This document shows positions 20,624 through 32,496 of a stretch of DNA of 64,000 nt, piece after piece. Each line of letters begins with the position of its first letter. The first letter of the stretch is position 1. This DNA comes from an uncultured delta proteobacterium (GTDB lineage Bacteria; Myxococcota_A; Polyangia; Polyangiales; B10-G4), in the NCBI GenBank assembly GCA_963727445.1, contig CAVSGI010000020.1, positions 224,001 through 288,000 on the forward strand, read 5' to 3'. The notes under the pieces are model-generated. The model saw nothing but the letters and a program-made list of their open reading frames with translations. It ran no database searches and had not been told where the DNA came from. Both the position numbers and the translations under genes were made by a program.

Positions 20624-22042
20624 CGGGACTCTCCCTCTTCGCTGGCCTCGGCGGCCGGGATGACGTCGAGCACGGTGCGGTTCGTGGCCTCGAAGTACTG
20701 CGCGCGCGACGCGCTGAACGTCGTCGCGGCTCACGGCCAGGTAGCGGTCGACCTCGCTCCGGAGCAGCTCTGCGTCGCCGTAGTACATGCTCGTACTCGG
20801 CGAGGCGCATCGCCCGCGAGAGGTTCGACTGCATGCCGAAGATGAAGGCCGATCGCACGCGGTTCTTCGCCTTCTCCAGCTCACGCTCGGTGATGCCGCG
20901 CTGGGCGATGTTCGCCAGCTCTGTCGTAGATGACGTTGCGGGCCTGGGCCGCGTTGCCGTTGCTGGCGACCACGCCCCAGACCGAGAAGAGGTCCGGCCC
21001 GCGCCGGTCGTCGGTCGACACGGAGATCTCCTGCGAGGATCTCCCGCTCCTTGACGAGCTTCTGGTAGAGCCGCGAGGACTCCCCGTCGCCGAGGACGAG
21101 GGAGAGCAGCTCGAGGGGGTAGTGGTCGTCGGTCGCGGTTGGGCGGGATGTGATAGTCGATGTGGAAGGCGGGCAGCTCCGCGATGCGGATCGATCATCG
21201 AATCGGTCCGTTCGGTGGTCTGCGGCTGGATCTCCGGCGGGTCGTAGGAGGGCACGTCGCGGCGCTCGATGTCGCCGAAGTGCTCGCGGACCAGCGCCAG
21301 CGCCTCGTCCGGATCGAAGTCACCGGCGATGGAGACCACCGCGTTGTTCGGCGCGTAGTAGTGGCGGAAGAACTCTTGAACCGCTTCGAGGGGCGCGTTC
21401 ACCAGGTCCTGCATGTCGCCGATGGTCGAGTGCGCGTAGGGCCAGTAGTCGCCGTAGGCGAGCTCGTTGATGCGCAGCATGCTGAGCATGTAGGGGCGGT
21501 TCTCGTAGCTCTGCCGCCGCTCCTCCATGACGACGTCGCGCTGGTTCTCGAAGTTCGTCCTCGGTGACCGCGAGGGAGCGCATGCGGTCGGCCTCGAGCC
21601 ACAGGCCCAGCTCGAGCTCGTTCGAGGGGAGCGTCTCGAAGTAGTTCGTGCGGTCCGAGTTGGTCGTCCCGTTCATCGAGCCGCCGCGGTTCATCACGAG
21701 CTGGAAATGCTCGCCCTTGGCGACGTTCGCCGAGCCCTGGAACATCATGTGCTCGAAGAGGTGGGCGAAGCCCGAGCGGCCGCGCACCTCGTTGCGCGAG
21801 CCCACGTCGTAGTAGACGGCGACCGCGACCGTGGGGATGGTGCGGTCCGAGCTCATCACCACCCGAAGTCCGTTTTCGAGGGTGGCGGTCACGATGGGGA
21901 GCTCGGCGAGGGGGCCGGACGGCGGCGTTGCGGCCGCAGGCGATTCTGGTTGCGCCTCGGGTTCGGCTTCCTGAGCGGCCGCCAGGCCGGTGAGCGTCAC
22001 CAGCAACAGCGCCGCGATCGCGATGGGGATGCGTCTCGCCAT
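20620..22042 (-). CDS. M16 family zinc metallopeptidase catalytic subunit (multiple frameshifts)
   Basis: GFAHLFEHMMF, NGTTNSDRTNY, LEADRM, YYAPNNA; reconstructed stop overlaps downstream ATG (ATGA). Confidence 0.85.
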
Positions 22043-22176
22043 GATTTCTCCGTGTGGGGAAAGGTCGTCACGGGGCGAACACCCGAGCCCCCGCGGCTGT
22101 TTCGCATACCAAAGACCCTCCCCGGGGTCCACGAGCGTGAGGGAAAATCGGGGTGGATTGGGGTATCCTGGACCTC

Positions 22177-23175
22177 GTGGCCAATCGGCCTTTCTTGGCG
22201 ATCGCCCTGTTTTCTTTCGCCCTCGTCCCGGCCGGGCGCGTTTCGGCGCAGGTGGTCCTGGATTTCGACGCGTGGACGAGCGTCTGCCAACCGGGGGATG
22301 GGTGCGCCGGAGGCTATGTCGAAGGGCCAGACGGATCGTTCAGTCTGATGTCCGACCCGCCTTGCCCGATGGGCCAGTGCCTCGCGGTGCAGTGGCCGAG
22401 CGTGGACGAGGGCCTCGCCGCACGACCGGCGCCCTACACACCGCCGCACGCCACGGTTCACGTGCAGATGCGCTTCTATCTCGCCCCGGCTCTCGTGGAG
22501 CGCCTCTCCAATGGAGTGCGGACCGAGGTCCCGCTGCTCCGGATCGAGACCGCCAGCGACAACACCTGGGCGCAGCTCTCGCTTTCCGGGAGCGACGGGG
22601 CGCGCTTCGAGGTGTCGTCGATCGCGGCGGGCGTGCCCTGGGCGTCGACGACGCGGATCGATGGCCTGGATCGGCTGAACGAGTGGTTGGAGGTCGCGCT
22701 CGGCGTCGCCCAGTCCGCGGATGGAAGCCCCACCCTCTATGCCGGCATCGGTGGCGACCTCCAGCAGGTGCCGGCCACGTTGGCGTTGGCCGACCTGCCG
22801 ATGATCACCGGCGCCTACGCGCTCGGCGCCGCCCGCTACGCTGGCGAGCCTCCCATGGTGTTGATCGATGATGTGTGCGTCGCGGACGACCGCGACGCGG
22901 CGAGGGGTTGTCCCGCGCCGCCGCCCCCCCGCCCCGACGCGGGCGTCGATGCGGGACCCGACGCCGGGCTCGCCGACACCGGGCTCGCCGACACCGGAGG
23001 CGCCGGCGCCCAGCCATCGTTTCGAGGCGCCGGCGGATGTGCCTGCGGTGCGGCGCTCGCCGACTCCTCGGAGCACGAGACTCCGCTCGTGCTGGCGCTG
23101 CTCTTCGGGTTCGTCGTTTTCCGAAGGCGGCGTTCAGCGTCGTCGGCGCCGCGCCCAGAACAGGACGAGCGCTAG
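22177..23175 (+). CDS. Secreted protein with MYXO-CTERM-like anchor
   Basis: Signal peptide; DAG/DTG repeats; SFRGAGGCAC, hydrophobic helix, RRRR; GTG start inferred. Confidence 0.65.
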   Translation: MANRPFLAIALFSFALVPAGRVSAQVVLDFDAWTSVCQPGDGCAGGYVEGPDGSFSLMSDPPCPMGQCLAVQWPSVDEGLAARPAPYTPPHATVHVQMRFYLAPALVERLSNGVRTEVPLLRIETASDNTWAQLSLSGSDGARFEVSSIAAGVPWASTTRIDGLDRLNEWLEVALGVAQSADGSPTLYAGIGGDLQQVPATLALADLPMITGAYALGAARYAGEPPMVLIDDVCVADDRDAARGCPAPPPPRPDAGVDAGPDAGLADTGLADTGGAGAQPSFRGAGGCACGAALADSSEHETPLVLALLFGFVVFRRRRSASSAPRPEQDER

Positions 23176-25749
23176 CGACGCGGCGATCGCGGGATCGAGC
23201 GGTGAGATCCGCGCGGCGTCGCAGGACTCGGACGGCATTTCGAAGGGCGGCGCCGGACGAGTGAAGGGCGCAGGCACTCGCGACGCCGGAAGGACGTCTT
23301 CGTAGGCGAGGAGCGCTTGGGGATCTTCGAGGGCGAGGGCGGTGAGATAGAAGAGCGTGCCCTCCCAGAGGTGCGGGTTGCTCACCCGCTGCTCCCCGTG
23401 ACGCATGCTGCCGGTGCCCACCGCGACGGTGACCTCGCCGAAGTGGCCGCCGGGCGTCGCGTGCTCGGCCGTTCGTTCGAGAAGCGCTTCGACCTGTGCG
23501 CGGATCTCCGGGTCGTCACCGCGCGCGAGAGCGAGGGAGACCAGGTTCTTCATCCAGTAGCTGCCGCCCGCGTTTTCGAGGCGGACGGTCGGGCCGATGT
23601 TTTCGAGATCGTGCCTCAGCTGCGCGTCGACCCTCGGATCGTCCCAGGGCAGGACGTGCATCGGCCACACCAGCCAGGCGGTGGGGCCGCTGGGGCTGCT
23701 CCCCGGGTTCGCGACGTTCACCGCCTCGCTGGTGAAGACTTCGCGGTCGACGTCGTAGAAGTGCACCAGGATCGCGTCGCGTAGCTCGGCAGCACGCTCT
23801 TCCCAGCGCGCGGCTGCTTCTTCCTCGCCGAGCAGCCTCGCCGCCCGCGACGCCATGTCGAGGCCGCCGAAGACCGTCACCGCCCCGTGCAGGGTCTGGG
23901 TGTAGTCGGCGTTGTCGTCCTCCTGCGCGGGAAAGTGCAGCCCGGTCTCGGGGTCGCGCCAGTCGGTGAGGAGATCGGCGGCGAGCACGATCGCGTCCCA
24001 ACGCGCGCGAAGATAGTCGGCGGCGCCGGCGGGCGCGACCCAGCCGACGTGGGAGATCATCGCGAAGAGGCCGAAGCCGACCTCGTCGATCTCGAAGCGC
24101 CAGGTGCCACCGGGGAGACCGTCGGCGTAGTAGTTCATTTCCCAGGCCCCGGCCGGGTAGGCGCCCGAAGGGCCGTCGGGGGAGTCGGGCGGCTGCGGAT
24201 CGATGATCACCGCCGGGGACACGGGCACCTTCCGCTGCCAGGTGTCGTAGAGCTCGGCGCGCCGCGTCACCAGCGCGTTCTGCCCGGAGGCGTCGAGCAT
24301 GACGTTGAAGAACGCGCCGTCGCGTGGCCAGTCGAGCCCATACGGCGCCTGCCGCGAGATCGACGCGACGATGGCGCCGCTGCTGGCGTCCGTCCCGACG
24401 CGCACGTTGATCAGCGCGCGACGCGCGACGCGCTGCACGAGCTCCGAGCCCACGGTGGGAACGCGCACCGACGACATCCAGGCATCGAAGGCGGCGCGTG
24501 AAGCGTCCGCCACCGCGCTCGGATCGTCCGTGCCGTCGACGAGCGCGCCGACCTCGTCCGCGCTGGGCGCGGCGGCCAGCATCAGCGAGACCCTCGCGAC
24601 GCCCCCGGCGTCGAAGGCGAGCGGCGTGCGCAGCGCTTCGTTCACCTCGCCGGCGGCGAGGCCGCTTCCGGAGAGCTCACCGTCCCTCGCGTCCTCGAGG
24701 GCATCGGCAGCTTCGTGGATCCACCCCTCGGCCTCGGGGATGGGCGGCGCCTCGCGATCGCAGCGCAGGCTGTCGAGGACGTCGACGCTCACCGGCAGGT
24801 TGAAGCTCTCCACAGAGCTGGAGAGGCGCAGGATGTTGTCGATCAGACCATCGACGTCGGCGCAGAGGTCCGAGGCATCGAAGCCGACCTGATGTTGATC
24901 CGGCGGCGGTCTCGTCGTGAGCGCGAGGTAGGCGCCCGCGGCGTATTGACCGTCGAGGTCGGCGGCGAGCGAGGCGAGCGCCGAGTCGTCGGGCGTGCCG
25001 GCGCGCATCGCCTCTCCGAGGGTGCCCCAATCCACTGCGCCGCCGCCGAGGATGTCCCCGAGCTGCCGAATCACGCGACGGTCACCGGGGTGGAAGTGAA
25101 CGACGCTGCTTCGGCTCGCATCCCACACCGCCGCGAAGTCGTTGCGGCCGTCGAAGGCCCAGTCCGACAGGGGCAGCTCGGCGAGGCGGGACGTGGGGGG
25201 CACGGGCGAGAGGTTCGCGTAGGTCAAGAGCCACGCGTCCGTCACCGGGCTCGCGTCGCCGAGCGAGACGATCACGTCGCGGACGAAGACGTCGGTGTCG
25301 GGCGAAACGGCGTCCACGACCTCGACGCTCAGTCCGAGGAGGTCGTTTTCGTACGTGGTGCGGATGTTGGACCCGTCCGCTTCGTATCCCTGGCTGCGGG
25401 TCCAATCGTCGTCACGAAACCAACTGACGCGCCGTCCGAGATCGGGGGTGTCCACGACCACGCCGAGGAAGAGCCCCGCGCCCTCGGACGCGCCGAAGCG
25501 CGGCAGGCTGCGCGCCGCGCTTCCATTCGCCGTGACGTAGCCGAGCTGATCGCAGAAGCTCGGGTTGGGCCAGGTGAGGACCGAGAGGTCTCCCGCCTCC
25601 GAGATCCCGACCGCCATCCGTCCGTGGCCGGTCACCCGCTCGATGTTGCTGGCGCCGAAGATCTGCTCGACCAGGTCGATCTGCGCGTCGGCGTGCCGCG
25701 GAGCGAAGAGCACCGAGAGCGATGCGATGAGAGTCGCGAGCGTTCGCAC
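23134..25749 (-). CDS. Glycoside hydrolase family 15-like (glucoamylase-type) with C-terminal membrane anchor
   Basis: GAIVAS...YGLDWPRDG, QEDD, FGEV, PHLW motifs; signal peptide; terminal TM plus RRRR. Confidence 0.7.
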   Translation of the reverse strand: MRTLATLIASLSVLFAPRHADAQIDLVEQIFGASNIERVTGHGRMAVGISEAGDLSVLTWPNPSFCDQLGYVTANGSAARSLPRFGASEGAGLFLGVVVDTPDLGRRVSWFRDDDWTRSQGYEADGSNIRTTYENDLLGLSVEVVDAVSPDTDVFVRDVIVSLGDASPVTDAWLLTYANLSPVPPTSRLAELPLSDWAFDGRNDFAAVWDASRSSVVHFHPGDRRVIRQLGDILGGGAVDWGTLGEAMRAGTPDDSALASLAADLDGQYAAGAYLALTTRPPPDQHQVGFDASDLCADVDGLIDNILRLSSSVESFNLPVSVDVLDSLRCDREAPPIPEAEGWIHEAADALEDARDGELSGSGLAAGEVNEALRTPLAFDAGGVARVSLMLAAAPSADEVGALVDGTDDPSAVADASRAAFDAWMSSVRVPTVGSELVQRVARRALINVRVGTDASSGAIVASISRQAPYGLDWPRDGAFFNVMLDASGQNALVTRRAELYDTWQRKVPVSPAVIIDPQPPDSPDGPSGAYPAGAWEMNYYADGLPGGTWRFEIDEVGFGLFAMISHVGWVAPAGAADYLRARWDAIVLAADLLTDWRDPETGLHFPAQEDDNADYTQTLHGAVTVFGGLDMASRAARLLGEEEAAARWEERAAELRDAILVHFYDVDREVFTSEAVNVANPGSSPSGPTAWLVWPMHVLPWDDPRVDAQLRHDLENIGPTVRLENAGGSYWMKNLVSLALARGDDPEIRAQVEALLERTAEHATPGGHFGEVTVAVGTGSMRHGEQRVSNPHLWEGTLFYLTALALEDPQALLAYEDVLPASRVPAPFTRPAPPFEMPSESCDAARISPLDPAIAASLALVLFWARRRRR

Positions 25750-25773
25750 GGCCCAACTATACGAGATGTGCAG

Positions 25774-25936
25774 TAGTGCCTGGTCCAATGATGTGGAAGG
25801 GGAGATCGCGACGGGCGTCGGTCGCGTCGCAAGGAGGGAAACCGAAGGACGTGCAGCGCACATTCGAGGTTTCCCGACGCCGCGAGGCGGCCGACGAACG
25901 AGCGAGAACCCTTCTACGTCATTGGACCAGGCACTA
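25774..25936. mobile_element. 163-bp MITE-like element with 28-bp terminal inverted repeats beginning TA
   Basis: TAGTGCCTGGTCCAATGATGTGGAAGGG versus reverse complement TAGTGCCTGGTCCAATGACGTAGAAGGG (2 mismatches). Confidence 0.7.
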
Positions 25937-25952
25937 CGCTGGCGTCGATGTC

Positions 25953-26179
25953 GTGGGGGCGCCGTGGCTTCGGGCCCTTTCGGGCAGGACCGCTCTCCTG
26001 ATCGCCTGGGCGATCATCGGACCGGTCGCGGCGCTTCACCTCCTCTACTACGCGCCACGCACGGTGGACGACAATGTTCATCTTCCTTCGCTACATCGAG
26101 GCGGTCGGCGACGCCCTCGAGAAGCGGTACGCGTACGTGGAGGCCCGCCCGCGAGGGCTCGCGGGTGGGGGCGGTTGAC
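25953..26179 (+). pseudogene. Remnant of a membrane protein with DDxxIxxRY motif (GT-C-like)
   Basis: TM helix, then APRTVDD (frameshift) MFIFLRY, then an early stop. Confidence 0.35.
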
Positions 26180-26224
26180 GGCCTCGGGCCCACCGAGCAG
26201 ACTCGCCACCCCCCGAAAGACACC

Positions 26225-27475
<1,251 letters not shown>

Positions 27476-27482
27476 CCAGGGG

Positions 27483-28076
27483 GTGCCTCGCCTCTTCGTC
27501 GCAGTGGAGCCTTCGGAGCAGGCGCGCCGCTGGCTCGGCGAGGTCTCGGCGGCGGTGCGACAGGCGTTCGTGGAGCGGAAGATCGCGGCGCGCTTCGTGC
27601 CGGCGGAGAACATGCACCTGACCCTGCGCTTCATCGGCGAGGTGGCCGAGGAGAGGGTGCCTTCGATCGGCGAGGCGCTGAAGGAGCTGTCGACGGATCG
27701 CTTCGAGATCCGCTTTTCGGGCCTCGGAGCCTTCCCCAACGAAAAAAAATCGAGGGTGCTCTGGGTGGGTTTTTCCGAGGGTGCAGAGGGGCTGAAAACC
27801 CTTGCTGAACAAGTGGATAGGTGTCTTCAAGGCGTTGGAATTGCACCGGAAGAGCGGCCCTACCGCCCACATCTGACCCTTGCGCGAATGAAAAAAGGAC
27901 GCGAGAACACGGCTCGGGTGATCGAATCTGTCAGTCCGCGGGAGGGCGTGTCGTCCCTGGTGCGAGAGGTCGTTCTCTTCCAGAGCGAGCTCGATTCATC
28001 GAGGGGGCTGAGGGGGGCGAGTCCCCCACGACCCAAAGCCAGATACACCCCCCGCGCCCGAATTCCCCTCGGGTGA
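27483..28076 (+). CDS. thpR: RNA 2',3'-cyclic phosphodiesterase
   Basis: RLFVAV, two HLTL motifs; cinA-thpR-recA synteny. Confidence 0.9.
   Translation: MPRLFVAVEPSEQARRWLGEVSAAVRQAFVERKIAARFVPAENMHLTLRFIGEVAEERVPSIGEALKELSTDRFEIRFSGLGAFPNEKKSRVLWVGFSEGAEGLKTLAEQVDRCLQGVGIAPEERPYRPHLTLARMKKGRENTARVIESVSPREGVSSLVREVVLFQSELDSSRGLRGASPPRPKARYTPRARIPLG
27804..27820 (-). promoter_or_regulatory. Myxococcus-type LexA box inside thpR
   Basis: Minus strand CTATCCACTTGTTCAGC matches CTRHAMRYBYGTTCAGS at 16 of 17 positions. Confidence 0.55.
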
Positions 28077-28123
28077 CGACGAAGCCAGACCACGAACGGA
28101 AGCAGAAAGAGAAGGACGAGACG

Positions 28124-29210
<1,087 letters not shown>

Positions 29211-29373
29211 AGCTCGCGACCGGCTGAAACGCGCGTCGGCTCGCCGGCCCGGTTGGGGCGGGGAGTCGGGGTGCGTCTTGCGTGGCGTGGTGCGGCGGGC
29301 GGTTGACGCGGGGGGCCGTGGCGGATGCGGGCGGCGGACGCGGGCGGCGGATGCGGATGCGGGGACGGACGCG

Positions 29374-29445
29374 GACGCGGTGACGGATGCGGACGCGGTG
29401 ACGGATGCAGACGCGGTGACGGATGCAGACGCGGTGACGGACGCG
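29374..29445. repeat. Four tandem copies of 18-bp GACGCGGTGACGGAYGCR
   Basis: Direct inspection. Confidence 0.85.
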
Positions 29446-29611
29446 GATGCGGCGGCGGTGAGCGACGCGGCTCGGTTGCGGGCGGCGCTTGCGAAACCGC
29501 TTTCCCCGGGGCAAGTGAATGTTTCGAATGTTTCGGGGAGGCGCTTTCCGCGCGGAAAGCTCACCTCGCGTTCGCCCGGTCCGCCACCGGACGGTGCTAG
29601 CCTTCGGCCCC

Positions 29612-29893
29612 ATGCAGGCTCACAAGTGCGGTCATTGCGGCGGGGGGGAGCTCGAGTGGAAGAGCGACTCGGAGGTGGTGTGTACGCACTGCCGAACGCG
29701 CTATCGCAAGGTGCCGAAGGCGAAGCCCAAGGTCGTGATCTCCAAAGGAGCGAACGTGGTGTTCGGGCCCAACGCGAAGGTCACCGTGCGAGGGGGCATG
29801 GAGATCGAGGAAGGCGCGAACGTGCGGGTCGAGGGCGAGCTGGAGTTCGAGCTGGAGATCATCGAGCTCGGGGACGGCGAGCGCGTCGAGTAG
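29612..29893 (+). CDS. Small Zn-ribbon protein with beta-helix-like C-terminus
   Basis: CGHC...CTHC, then [35 protein letters not shown]. Confidence 0.65.
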   Translation: MQAHKCGHCGGGELEWKSDSEVVCTHCRTRYRKVPKAKPKVVISKGANVVFGPNAKVTVRGGMEIEEGANVRVEGELEFELEIIELGDGERVE

Positions 29894-29898
29894 CGGCG

Positions 29899-30888
29899 AT
29901 GCGGCGGCTCTCGTGCACGGTGGCGCTGGCGGCCGCGCTTCTCGTCGCGTGCGGCGGGGACGGGGAACGGAGCGCACGTACCGACACGCCGCGGCCCACA
30001 TCGCCCGCGATCGGGCCGCTTCCGTTTCTGATCCCCGAGGGTGCGGAGGTCGTCGTCACGGCGAGGCCGGCCGAGTTGATGGAAGCCCCGGCCACGCGGA
30101 CCGTGGTGGATGCGGTCTTCGACGCCGATCAGCGCGACGCCTTCGCGCGGCGGACCGGCGTCGAGCCGCACGAGGTCGAGGAGCTGGTGGTCGCCGAGTA
30201 CGAAGACGGCTTCGCGATCATCGCCCGTGGGCCCTGGTCGGCGCGCGACGTGGTCCTGGCCACCGAGTCCAGGATGTCCTCGGTGGAGGTTCGGGCCGAC
30301 GCGCCATTCGTGAGGCGGATGGGCTTTCTGGGAGCCGAGAGGCGCGACGTCACCGCGATCGCGGACCACGTCGTGCTCTTCACGAGCGCGTTGCCCGACG
30401 TCACCGCGACGATCCTGAGCCGCGTGCGCAATGGACGCTTCCCCCAGGGGCACGCCGCCCTGGCGACCCCCGACCTCCGCGCGTTGGTGGAGCGGCATGC
30501 GAGCGCGCCTCTCGCCCTCTACGTGCCGGCGCCGCTCGCGCTGCCGCCCGAGCTCGGCATCGGCATGCTCTTGGCGCGGCAGCGGGCCCTGGCGGCCGTG
30601 GCCACGCCTGCGGGCCCTCCCGACGTCGCGATCGGGGTCCAGTTGGTGGGTGAATTCCCCTCCACGGCCCAGGAGAACTTCGAGACCCTCATCACCTCGG
30701 TGGCCGAGCAGGATTTGGGCGCGGCCCTGGGAATGCGGGAGGCGCTGCCGACGTTGACCGTCCGAGTCGGAGAAAACTCGGTCCTGATGGGTCTCGAGCT
30801 TCGCGCCGAGTCCCTCTCTCTCGGGCTTCGCACCCTCTTTGGAGGCGAGATCGCGGAGCTTCTGGAGGCTCCGGTGCGCGCGCTATAA
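29899..30888 (+). CDS. Hypothetical lipoprotein
   Basis: Lipobox LVAC. Confidence 0.7.
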   Translation: MRRLSCTVALAAALLVACGGDGERSARTDTPRPTSPAIGPLPFLIPEGAEVVVTARPAELMEAPATRTVVDAVFDADQRDAFARRTGVEPHEVEELVVAEYEDGFAIIARGPWSARDVVLATESRMSSVEVRADAPFVRRMGFLGAERRDVTAIADHVVLFTSALPDVTATILSRVRNGRFPQGHAALATPDLRALVERHASAPLALYVPAPLALPPELGIGMLLARQRALAAVATPAGPPDVAIGVQLVGEFPSTAQENFETLITSVAEQDLGAALGMREALPTLTVRVGENSVLMGLELRAESLSLGLRTLFGGEIAELLEAPVRAL

Positions 30889-30926
30889 ATGTTTGTAATC
30901 GTTTGTAAACCACCCCTGCGGCTTCG

Positions 30927-30955
30927 TTGACCCAGTCGGGCCCCGGTGCTAAATT
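30927..30955 (+). promoter_or_regulatory. Sigma-70-type promoter for cdnL
   Basis: TTGACC-17nt-TAAATT with extended TG. Confidence 0.65.
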
Positions 30956-31029
30956 CACCCTTCGTGCGCGGAGGCAGTTTGCCCGCGCTACGTCGGGGAT
31001 CCATACAGGGGCCCACGCGGAGGTGCGCT

Positions 31030-31530
31030 CTGGGCGCTAAGAAAATTGCGGGTTTCAAGGTCGGCGACAAGGCGGTTCATCCCGCCCATGGCGTGGGCGA
31101 GGTCACGGCGATCGAGAACAAAGAGATCGCTGGTAACGCCAAGAGCTTCTACTTCCTGAAGATCCTCGACACCGGCATGAAGGTGATGGTGCCGACAGAC
31201 GCGGCACAGCGCCTCGGACTGCGTCAGGTGATCTCTCGAAAGGACGCCAAGAAGGTCGTCGAGATCCTCAAGGCCGACGAGGTCGCCGTCACCAGCCAGC
31301 CGTGGAATCGCCGTTATCGCGAGTACACGGAGATGCTCAAGAGCGGCTCTCCCTTCGAGGTCGCCAAGGTGCTGCGCGATCTCTATCGCCTCCGCTCCGA
31401 CAAGGAGCTCAGCTTCGGTGAGCGCCAGCTCCTCGACAAGGCGAAGAGCCTGCTCATCACCGAGCTCGCCCTCGCGCGTCGCGTCAAAGAGCAGACCGTG
31501 GAGTCCGAGATCCAGGGCATCCTCGGCTGA
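31030..31530 (+). CDS. cdnL: CarD/CdnL-family RNA polymerase-binding protein
   Basis: FKVGDKAVHPAHGVGEV, WNRRYREY, LSFGER; no HMGA-like tail; start uncertain (CTG 31030 or TTG 30979). Confidence 0.85.
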   Translation: MGAKKIAGFKVGDKAVHPAHGVGEVTAIENKEIAGNAKSFYFLKILDTGMKVMVPTDAAQRLGLRQVISRKDAKKVVEILKADEVAVTSQPWNRRYREYTEMLKSGSPFEVAKVLRDLYRLRSDKELSFGERQLLDKAKSLLITELALARRVKEQTVESEIQGILG

Positions 31531-31825
31531 GGAGGCGCGAGGTCGCGCCATCGGGCGGCTTACGTCCTCGGTCCCTCCCTGCGAGGTACCTTCAGTACCT
31601 CTCGGTCGGCCCCTGCGGGCGCGCTCGCCCGCTGACACAACCTCGCGCCTCCTCCCTGCGAGGTCGCGCCATCGGGCGGCTTACGTCCTCGGTTCCTCCC
31701 TGCGAGGTACCTTCAGTACCTCTCGGTCGGCCCCTGCGGGCGCGCTCGCCCGCTGACGCAACCTCGCGCCTCCTCCCTGCGAGGTCGCGCCATCGGGCGG
31801 CTTACGGTCCCTGCGGGCGCGCTCG
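31529..31825. repeat. Tandem array of a 121-bp hairpin element (2 full copies plus 1 internally deleted)
   Basis: GCGAGGTCGCGCC recurs at 31537, 31658, 31779. Confidence 0.9.
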
Positions 31826-31830
31826 TGGCT

Positions 31831-32496
31831 TCAGGGATCGTGGCGGGAGGCTTTTTCGTCGATCCCCGAGGTGCCGAAGCGGCGGGCGAGCTCGCGCTCG
31901 ACGTCCTCGAGGGTGAGGCCGCGCGCGAGCAGGCCGACCATGACGTGGTAGAGCACGTCGGCGGCCTCGGAGACCACGCGCTCGTCGCTCTCTTCGGTGA
32001 GCGCCACCGCCAGCTCGGAGGCCTCTTCGCGCACCTTGTCGGCGATCTTCGGCGGCCCAGCGTTCAGGAGCTTCCTGGTGTAGCTCTTCTCCTCGCTCCC
32101 CGCGTCCCTTCGCGCCTCGAGCGTCCGCCCGAGGCGGAAGAGGGTCGGACCCGCGTGACCCTCTGTCGCGCCCGCGAGGCGCTCGAAGAAGCACGTCCGC
32201 TCGCCCGTGTGGCAGGAGGGGCCGCGGGCGTCGGCGAGATAGATGAGGGCGTCGCGGTCGCAGTCGACCCAGACCTCGGCGACCGCGAGGGTGTTGCCGC
32301 TGCTCTCGCCCTTCTTCCAGAGGCTCTGGCGCGAGCGGCTGAAGAAATGGGCGAGGCCGGTGGAGAGGGTGAGCTCCACCGCTTCTCGGTTGGCGTGCGC
32401 GACCATCCGCACCTCGCCCCCGAAGCGCGATTGCACGACGACGGTGACCAGGCCCGCACCATCGAAGGCGAGGTCCCACGCGGTCGCCTCGGACAT
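31831..32496 (-). CDS. hisIE: Bifunctional phosphoribosyl-AMP cyclohydrolase / phosphoribosyl-ATP pyrophosphatase
   Basis: SRSRQSLWKKGESSG, DCDRD, CHTGERTCF, SYT..L, EAADVLYH. Confidence 0.93.
   Translation of the reverse strand: MSEATAWDLAFDGAGLVTVVVQSRFGGEVRMVAHANREAVELTLSTGLAHFFSRSRQSLWKKGESSGNTLAVAEVWVDCDRDALIYLADARGPSCHTGERTCFFERLAGATEGHAGPTLFRLGRTLEARRDAGSEEKSYTRKLLNAGPPKIADKVREEASELAVALTEESDERVVSEAADVLYHVMVGLLARGLTLEDVERELARRFGTSGIDEKASRHDP

Noticed and set aside
29278..29898. N-terminal extension of track ORF 29278-30888
   Set aside because: Spans a minisatellite and an out-of-frame Zn-ribbon gene; the signal peptide begins at 29899
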